DNA of 64,000 bases, from assembly GCF_009914755.1 (NCBI RefSeq), contig NC_060947.1. One strand, given 5' to 3'. Source of the stretch: the human T2T-CHM13v2.0 reference genome, Homo sapiens. The notes beneath the pieces were generated by a model. The model was not told where the DNA came from. It did no database searches and worked only from the letters and a program-made list of their open reading frames with translations. Shown here piece after piece: positions 55,743 through 64,000 of the stretch (position 1 is the first letter of the stretch; the number at the start of each line of letters is the position of its first letter). A program made the translations under genes and the position numbers.

Positions 55743-56616
55743 TTCTCTACTTTATTTGGTTAATATAGCTAATGGTCTATCTATTTTATTTAGTTTTTTT
55801 TTTTAACCAGCTTTTTATTTCATTGATCTCATGTAATTTTATTCTTTAAATTTCCTTTAGTTCTGCTCTGACCTGTTATTTCTTTTCTTCTGTTAGTTGT
55901 ACATTTGTTTTGTTTTTATTTCTCTAGTTCCTTGAGGTATGACATTAGGTTTTCAATTTGTGCTCTTTCAGACTTTTTGATGTAGGCTTTTTGTACTATA
56001 AACTTTCCTTTTAGCAGTGCTTTTGCTGTATCCCAGAGGTTTTGATAACTTGTGTCATTATAATTGAATTTGAAGAACTTTTAAATTTCCATCTGGATTT
56101 CATTGTTAAGCTAGATGTCATTCAGGAACCAATTATTTGATTTCCATATATTTGCACAGCTTTGAATGTTCCTTTTAGAGTTGATTTCTAATATTATTCT
56201 GCTGTGGTCTGACAAGATATTGATATAATTTTAATTTTTAAAAATTTATTGAGACTTGTTTTGTTGCCTATAGTATGGTCTATCTTGGAGAATGTTCCAT
56301 GTGCTGATGAGAAAAATGTATATTCTGAAGTTCTTGGGTAAAATGTTCTATAAATATCTGTTAAGTCCATTTGTTCTAGCATGTCATTTAAATCCATTGT
56401 TTCTTTGTTGACTATCTGTCTTGAAGATCTGTCAGTAGTATATTGATCTGTCTAGTGCTGTCAATAGTGTATTGAAGATTCCCACTATTATTGTGTTGCT
56501 TTCTATCTCACTTCTTAGGTCTAGTACTAATTGTTTTATGAATCTGTGTGTGAGCTCAACTATTAGGTGCACATAAATTTAGGATTGTAATGCCTTCTTA
56601 TTGGATTGATTCTTTT

Positions 56617-59600
56617 TTTTCTATTTTTTATTTTACTTTAAGTTCCAGGATACATGCACAGAATGTGCAGGTTTTTACATAGGTATACATGTTTCATGGT
56701 GGTTTGCTGCATCTATCAGCCCGTCATCTAGGTTATAAGCCTCACATGCATTTGCTATTTGTCCTGATACTCTCCCTCCCCTAGCTCCTCAAAACTTGAC
56801 AGGCCCTAGTGTGTGTTGCTCCCCTACCTGTGTCCATACGTTCTCATTGTTCAGCTCCTACTTATGAGTGAGAATATGCAGTATTTAGTTTTCTGTTCCT
56901 GTGTTAGTTTGCTGAGGATGATGGCTTCCAGCTTCATCCATGTCCCTGCAAAGGATATTATCTCATTCTTTTTTATGGCTGCATAGCATTCCATGGTGTA
57001 TATGTACCACATTTTCTTTATCCAGTCTAACATTGGTGGGCATTTGGGTTGCTTCCATGTCTTTGCTATTGTAAATAGTGCTGCAATAAACATACATGTG
57101 CATGTGTCTTTATAGTAGAATAATTTATACTAATTTTGGTATATAACAGTAATGGGATTGCTGGGTCAAATGGTATTTCTGGTTCTAGATCCTACAAGAA
57201 TCGTCTTCCACAATGTTTGAACTAATTTACATTCCCATCAACAGTATAAAAGCATTCCTATTTCTCCACAGCCTTGCCAGCATCTATTGTTTCTTGACTT
57301 TTTAAGAATCACCATTCTGACTGGCATGAGATTGTATCTCATTGTGGTTTTCATTTGTAATTTTCTAATGATCAGTGATGTTGAGCTTTTTTCCAAAAGT
57401 CTGTTGGCTGCATAAATGTCTTCTTTTGAGAAGTGTCTGTTCATATCCTTTGCCCACTTTTTGATGGGGTCTTTTTTTTTCTTGTAAATTTGTTTAAGTT
57501 TCTTGCAAATTCTGGATATTAGACCTTTGTCAGATAAATAGATTGCAAAAATTGTCTCCCATTCTATAGGTTGTCTTTCACTCTGATGATAGTTTCTTTT
57601 GCTGTGCAGAAGCTCTTTAGCACAATTAGATCCCATTTGTCAATTTTAGCTTTTGTTGCAATTGCTTTTGGCATGTTCGTCATGAAATCTTTGCCCAGGC
57701 CTATGTCCTCAATGGCATTGCCTAAGTTTTATTCTAGGGTTTTTATGGTTTTGAGTTTTACATTTAAGTCTTTAATACATCTTGAATTAATTTTTGTTTA
57801 AGGTGTAAGGAAGGGGTCCAGGTTCAGTTTTCTGCATATGGCTAGCCAGTTTTTCCAGCACCATTTATTAAATAGGGACTCCTTTCCCCATTGCTTGTTT
57901 TTGTCAGGTTTGTCGAAGATCAGATGATTGTAGATGTGCGGTGTTATTTCCAACATCTCTGTTCTGTTCTGTTGGGCTGTATGTCTGTTTTGGTACCAGT
58001 ACCATGCTGTTTTGGTTACTGCAGACTTGTAGTATAGTTTGAAGTCAGGTAGCATAATGCCCCCCCAGCTTTTTTTTTTTTTTTTTTTTTTTTGCTTAGG
58101 ATTGTCTTGGCTATATGTGCTCTTTTTTTCATTTCATATGAAATTTAAAGTAGTTTTTTTTTCTAATTCCGTGAAGAATGTCAATGGTAGTTTGATGGGA
58201 AAAGCATTGAATCTACAAATTACTTTGGGCAGTATGGCCATTTTCACGATATCGATTCTTCCTTTCCATGAGGATGGGATTTTTTTTTCATTTGTTTGTG
58301 TCCTCTTTTATTTTCTTGAGCAGTGGATTGTAGTTCTCTTTGAAGAGGTTCTTCACATCCTTTGTTAGCTGTGTTTCTAGGTATTGTATTCTTTTTGTAG
58401 CAATTGTGAATTAAAGTTCATTTATGATTTTGCTTTCTGCTTGGCTATTGTTGGTGTGTAAGAATGCTTGTGATTTTTGTACAGTGGTTTCATATCCTGA
58501 GACTTTGCTGAAGTTGCTTATCAGCTTAAGGAGTTTAAGGCTGAGATGACGGGGTTTTCTAAATATAGAATCATGTCATCTGCAAACAGAGACAATTTGA
58601 CTTTCTCTCTTAGTATTCGAGTACCCTTTATTTTTTTGTCTTGCCTTGTTGCCCTAGCCAGAACTTCCCTTACTATGTTTAATAGGAGTTGTGAGAGAGG
58701 GCTTCCTTGTCCTGTGCTGGTTTTCAAAGGGAATGCTTCCAGCTTTTGTCCATTCAGTATGACATTCACTGTAAGTTAGTCATACATAGTTCTGATTATT
58801 TTGAAATATGTTTCATCAACATCTAGTATATTGAGAGATTTTAACATGAAGGGGTGTTGAATTTTATCAAAGCCTTTTCTGCATCTATTGAGATTATCAT
58901 GTGGTTTTTGTCATTTGTTCTGTTTATGTAATGTATTACATTTACTGATTTGCGTATGTTGAACCAGCCTTGAATCCCAAAGAAGAAGCTGACTTGATTG
59001 TGGTGGATAAGCTTTTTGATGTGCTGCTGGATTGAGTTTACCGGTATTTTATTGAGGATTTTCCCATTAATGTTCATCAGGGATACTGGTGTGAAGTTTT
59101 CTTTCTTTGTTGTCTCTGCAGGATTTGTTATAAAGATGACACTGGCCTCATAAAATGAGTTAGGGAGGAGTCCCTCCTTTTTAATTGTTTGGAATAGCTT
59201 TAGAAGGAATGGTACCAGCTCCTTTTTGTACCTCTGGTAGAATTCAGCTGTAAATCCATCTGGTACTGGGCTTTTTTGGTTGTTAGGCTATTAATTACTG
59301 CCTCAATTTCAGAAATTGATATTAATCTATTCAGGGATTTGACTTCTTCCTGGTTGAGTCTTAGAAGAGTGTATGTGTCCAGGAATTTATCCATTTCTTC
59401 TAGATTTTCTAGTTTATTTGTTTAGAGGTGTTTATAGTATTCTCTGATGGTAGTTTGCATTTCTGTGGGGTCAGTGGTGATGTCCCTTTTACCATTTTTT
59501 ATTTTGTCTATTTGATTTTGTTCTTTTATTATTTAGTAGTCCAGCTAGCAGTCTATCTATTTTGTTATTTTTTTCTCAAAAAAAAAAAAAACCCAGCTCA

Positions 59601-62600
59601 TGTATTCATTGATTTTTGAAGTGTTTTTCATGTCTCTATCTCCTTTAGTTCTGCTCTGGTCTTAGTTACGTCTTGTCTTTTGCTAGCTTTTGGATTTGTT
59701 TGCTCTTGCTTCTCTAATTCTTTTAATTGTGATGTTAGGGTGTTGATTTGAGATCTTTCTAGCTTTCTGATGTAAGCATTTAGTGCTATAAATTTCCCTC
59801 TTAATCCTGCTTAATTGTGTCCTAGAGATTTTGGTACATTGTCTCTTTGTTCTTGTTGGTTTCAAAGAACTTCTTGATTTCTTCCATAATTTCATTATTT
59901 ACCCAGACATCATTCAGGAGCAGGTTGTTCAATTTCCATGTAGTTGTGTTGCTTTGAGTGGGTTTCTTAATCCTGAGTTCTAATGTGACTGCACTGTGGT
60001 CTCAGAGACTGTTTGTTATGATTTCAGTTCTTCTGTATTTGCTGAGCAGTTTTTTACTTCCAATTACGTGGTCAATTTTAGAATAAGTGCCATGTGGTGC
60101 TGAGAAGAATGTATATTCTGTTGATTTGGGGTGGAGAGTTCTGTAGATGTTTATTATGTCTACTTGGATCCAGAATTCAGTTCAAGTCCTGAATATCCTT
60201 CTTAATTTTCTGTCTTGTTAATCTGTTTAATATTGACAGTAGGGTGTTAAATTCTCCCACTATTATTGTGTGGGAGTCTAAGTCTCTTTGTAGGTCTCTG
60301 AGAACTTGTATTATGAATATGGGTGCTCCTTTATTGGGTGCATATGTATTTAGGATAGCTAGCTCTTCTTGTTGAATTGATCTCTTTACCGTATGTAGTA
60401 CCTTTCTTTGTCTTTTTTGATCTTTGTTGGTTTAAAGTTTGTTTTGTCAGAGATTAGGATTGCAACCCCTGTTTTTTTTTTTTTTTCCGCTTTCCAATTG
60501 CTTGGTAAATTTGCTCCATCCCTTTATTTTGAGCCTATGTGTGTGCTTGCATATGAGATGGGTCTCCTGAGTACAGCACAACACTGGGTCTTGAATCTTT
60601 ATCCAATTTGTCACTCTGTGTCTTTTAATTGGGGCATTTAGTGCATTTACATTTAAGGTTAATATTGTTATGTGTGAATTTGATCCTGTCATCATGATGT
60701 TATCTGGTTATTTTGCCCACTAGTTGATGCCGTTTCTTCATAGTGTCTTTGGTCTTTATATTTTAGTGTATTTTTGCAGTGGCTGGTACCAGTTTTTCCT
60801 TTCCATATTTAGTGCTTACTTCAGGAACTCTTGCACGGCAGGCCTAGCAGTGATGAAATCCCTTGACATTTGCTTGTCTGCAAAGGATTTTATTTCTCCT
60901 TCTCTTATGGAGCTTAGTTTGGCTGGATATGAAATTTTGGGTTGAAAATTCTTTTCTTAAGAATGTCAAATATTGGCCCCCACTCTCTTCTGGCTTGTAT
61001 TGTTTCTGCTGAGCGATCCGTGTTTAGTCTGATGGGCTTTCCTTTGTAGGTGAACTGGACTTTCTCTCTGACTTACCTTAGTATTTTTTTCCTCCATTTC
61101 AACCTTGGAGAATCTGGTGATTATACGTCTTGGGGTTGATCTTCTCATGGGGAGTCTTACTGGTATTCTCTTTATTTCCTGAATTTGAATGTTGGCCTGT
61201 CTTTCTAGGTTGGGGAAGTTCTCCTGGCTATTATCCCGAAGTGTGTTTTCCAACTTGGTTCCATTCTCCCTGTCTCTTTCAGATACTGCAATCAATTGTA
61301 GGTTCAGTCTTTCTATGTAGTCCCATATTTCTCTTAGGCTTTGTTTGTTACTTTTAATTCATTTTTCTCTAATCTTGTCTGCCTGCCTTATTTCAGCAAG
61401 ATGGTCTTCAAACTCTGATATTCTTTCTTCTCCTTGATCGATTCAGCTGCTGATACTTGTGTGTGCTTCAAGATGTTCTAGTGCTGTTTTTCAGCTCCAT
61501 CAAGTCAATTATGTTCCTCTCTACATTGGTTATTCTAGTTAGCAGCTCCTGTAACCTTTTATCAAGGTTCTTAGCTTCTTTGCATTGGGTTAGAACATCT
61601 TTTTTTAGCTCAGCAGAGTTTGTTATTACCCACCTTCTGAAGCCTACTTCTATCAATTTGTCCATCTCATCCTCCTTCCAGTTTTTGCTGGAGAGGTGTT
61701 GTGATCATTTGGATGAGAAGAGGCACTCTGGCCTTTTGGGTTTTCAGTGTTTTTTGTTGTTGTTGTTGTTGATTCTTTCTCATCTTCATGAGTTTGTCCA
61801 TTTTTGATCTTTGAGGTGCTGACCCTTGGATGAGGTTTTTATGGGGACTTTTTTAGTTGATGCTGTTGTTGTTGCTTTCTGTTTTTTTGTTTTTTCTTTT
61901 AATGGTAAGGTCCCTCTTCTGTAGGGCTGCTGTGGTTTGCTGGGGGTTCCCTTCAGGCCCTATTCATCTGGTTCACTCCTGTGCCTGGAGATGTCACTTG
62001 AGGAGGTTGGAGAACAGCAAAGATGGGTGTCTGTTCCTTCTTCTGGGATTTCTGACCTCTAAGGGAACCAACCTGATGCCAGTAGGAATGCTCCTTTATA
62101 GGATGTCTGACAACCCCTGTTGGAGAGTCTCACCCATTTGGGTAGCACAGGGAACAGGACCCATTTAATGAAGCACTTTGGCTCTCCCTTGGTGGAGGGG
62201 AGGTGCTGCTCAAATTTCTCAGAACTAGAGGGAGAAATGACTAAGTCTGCTGGTCCGTGGAGACTATGGCCACCCTTCCCCCCAGGGGCTCAGGCCCAGG
62301 GAGATCAGAGTTCTGTCCCTGAGCCCCTGTCTGGAGTTGGAATTCCTGCAGGGAAGCACTCCCCAGTGAGGAGGGATGGGTCAGGGTCAGGCCCAAAGAG
62401 GCACTGTGGTCACAGCTGCCATAGCTGATGTGTTGGGCTATGGGGAATACCCCTTGGGACCAAGCCATCCAGCCTCCTTGGCTCTAGCAGGGGTAAAGCA
62501 TGGCCTGGAGCTATGGAGATGGTTGCCACCCTTCTCCCACCCCGGGAGCTTAATGGGTTACACAGCTAGCAGTCCCAGTGTTGGCTGCTGTCCCTCTCCC

Positions 62601-63063
62601 AAGGAGCTCAGGTGGCTTAGACAGCAGGCAATTGCCCCTTTTCTGGGGAACTCAGCAGGCTTAAGCAGATTCTAGGTGAGTGGCTATTGAGTGTCTGCAC
62701 AGCTCTGTGGTTGGAACCCTAGGCCCCCATGGCGTGGGCTCATGAGTGGGATCTTCTGATCCATGGGTTTCACAGTTCTGAGGAAAAAGCATGGCTTCCC
62801 AGGCTGGGTAGCATGCTTACTCACTGCCTCCCTTGGCTGGGGGTTGGGGGCTCCCCTGCCCTTTATGGATCTCAGGTGGGCTGCTTCACCACACTGCTCT
62901 TCCTTCCTCTCTGTGGATCACGTCAGCTGCCTAGTCAGTCCTGATGACAGAACCTGGATACCTTGGATGCCTGTGCTGGATTTGCACACTCTTTTTGTTC
63001 TTTTTGATGGGAGCCTCTGATCACTGTTGCTTCTAGTTGGCCATCTTGGTCCCACCCCTTAAC
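56617..63063 (-). mobile_element. Full-length decayed LINE-1, L1PA8-like
   Basis: 5' UTR with YY1 motif (63039-63048), ORF1 fragments, ORF2 start MMTGSNSH at 60695, 3' UTR; 12-bp TSD ATTGATTCTTTT (56605-56616, 63064-63075). Confidence 0.95.
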
Positions 63064-64000
63064 ATTGATTCTTTTATTGTTGTATAGTGACCATCATTGT
63101 CTTTTTTTACTGTTGCTGCTTTGAGGTCTGCTTTTGTCTGATTTAAGAAAAGTTACTACTGTTCAATTTTGGTTTCCGTTTGTGTGGAATATCTCCCCCC
63201 GCCCAACTTTTAGCTTGCGTTTATAGGAATCTTTCCAATTTGGAGAGTCTCTTGAAGACATCAGACATTTGGCTGGTAGTTTTTTATCTATTCTGTGATT
63301 CTATATCTCTAAAGTGAAGCATTTTGGCCATTTAGGTTCAATGTAAATATTGAGATGTGAAGTACTGTTCTCTTTATCATGTTAATTGTTACTTAGATGT
63401 TTTTTAAATTGTATTTTTGTTTTATATGCCCTGTGAGTTTTAAGCTTTCAAGAGGTTCTATTTTGGTGCAGATCAGGCTTTTGTTTCAAGATCTAGAACT
63501 CCTCTTACCATATCTTGTAGTGCTGGTTTGGTAGTGACAAATTCCCTCAGCATTTGTCTGAAAATAAATTTATTTCTCTTTCATTTATGAAACTTATTTT
63601 TTGGTGGATACAAAATTCTTGGCTGACAGTTGTTCAGTTTAAAAAGGTTGAAAATAGAACCCCAATCCCTTCTGGCTTGTGAAGCTTCTGCTGAGAAGTC
63701 TTTTGTTATTCTCATAGGTTTTCCTTTGTAGGTTACCTGATGCTTTTGCCTTACTTCTCTTAGAATTATTTTCTTCATGTTGACTTTAGATAGCCTGATG
63801 AATATATGCCTTGGTTAAAATCTTTTTGCAATAAATTTCTCACGAGTTATTTGAGCTTCTTAAATTTGGATATCTAGGTCTCTATCCAGACCAGGAAAGC
63901 TTTCCTCATTTATTTCCTCAAATAAGTTTTTCAGATTTTGTTTCCCTTCTCCTTCAGGAACACCAGTTATTTTTAGATTTGGCTGTTTTACATAATTCCA

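Larger units (their letters stand above)
51073..64000 (-). mobile_element. Long L1PB2/3-like host LINE-1 (3' UTR, ORF2, into ORF1; runs off the window) split by three younger insertions
   Basis: Colinear segments 51073-51921, 53376-55435, 55743-56616 and 63064-64000 resume across each insertion. Confidence 0.88.

Overview
Simian primate (probably human-like) genomic DNA. It is AT-rich and dominated by transposable elements: the 3' end and MLT2A LTR of a HERV-L, a THE1 solo LTR, two full-length decayed L1PA8/8A-type LINE-1s, many truncated or nested L1PA/L1PB/L1M copies, AluJ/AluS/FAM/FLAM, L2/MIR, Tigger3b, MER53 and MER58A. I see no intact protein-coding gene, and most of the supplied ORFs are L1/Alu fragments. 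Two gene-derived features stand out. (1) A minus-strand processed pseudogene of UBE2V1 (29496-31597), copied from an exon-2-skipped mRNA and later split by an L1PB1 fragment. (2) A chain of minus-strand exon-like segments in the unique sequence between repeats (about 5397-45974). Their joined translation resembles, motif by motif and in order, the pseudo-PARP DUF3715 domain of the transposon silencers TASOR/TASOR2/TEX15. This would be a decayed multi-exon gene; the comparison is from memory and needs an HMM search. The window also holds three local inverted-duplication scars. Repeat subfamily names are assigned by eye.
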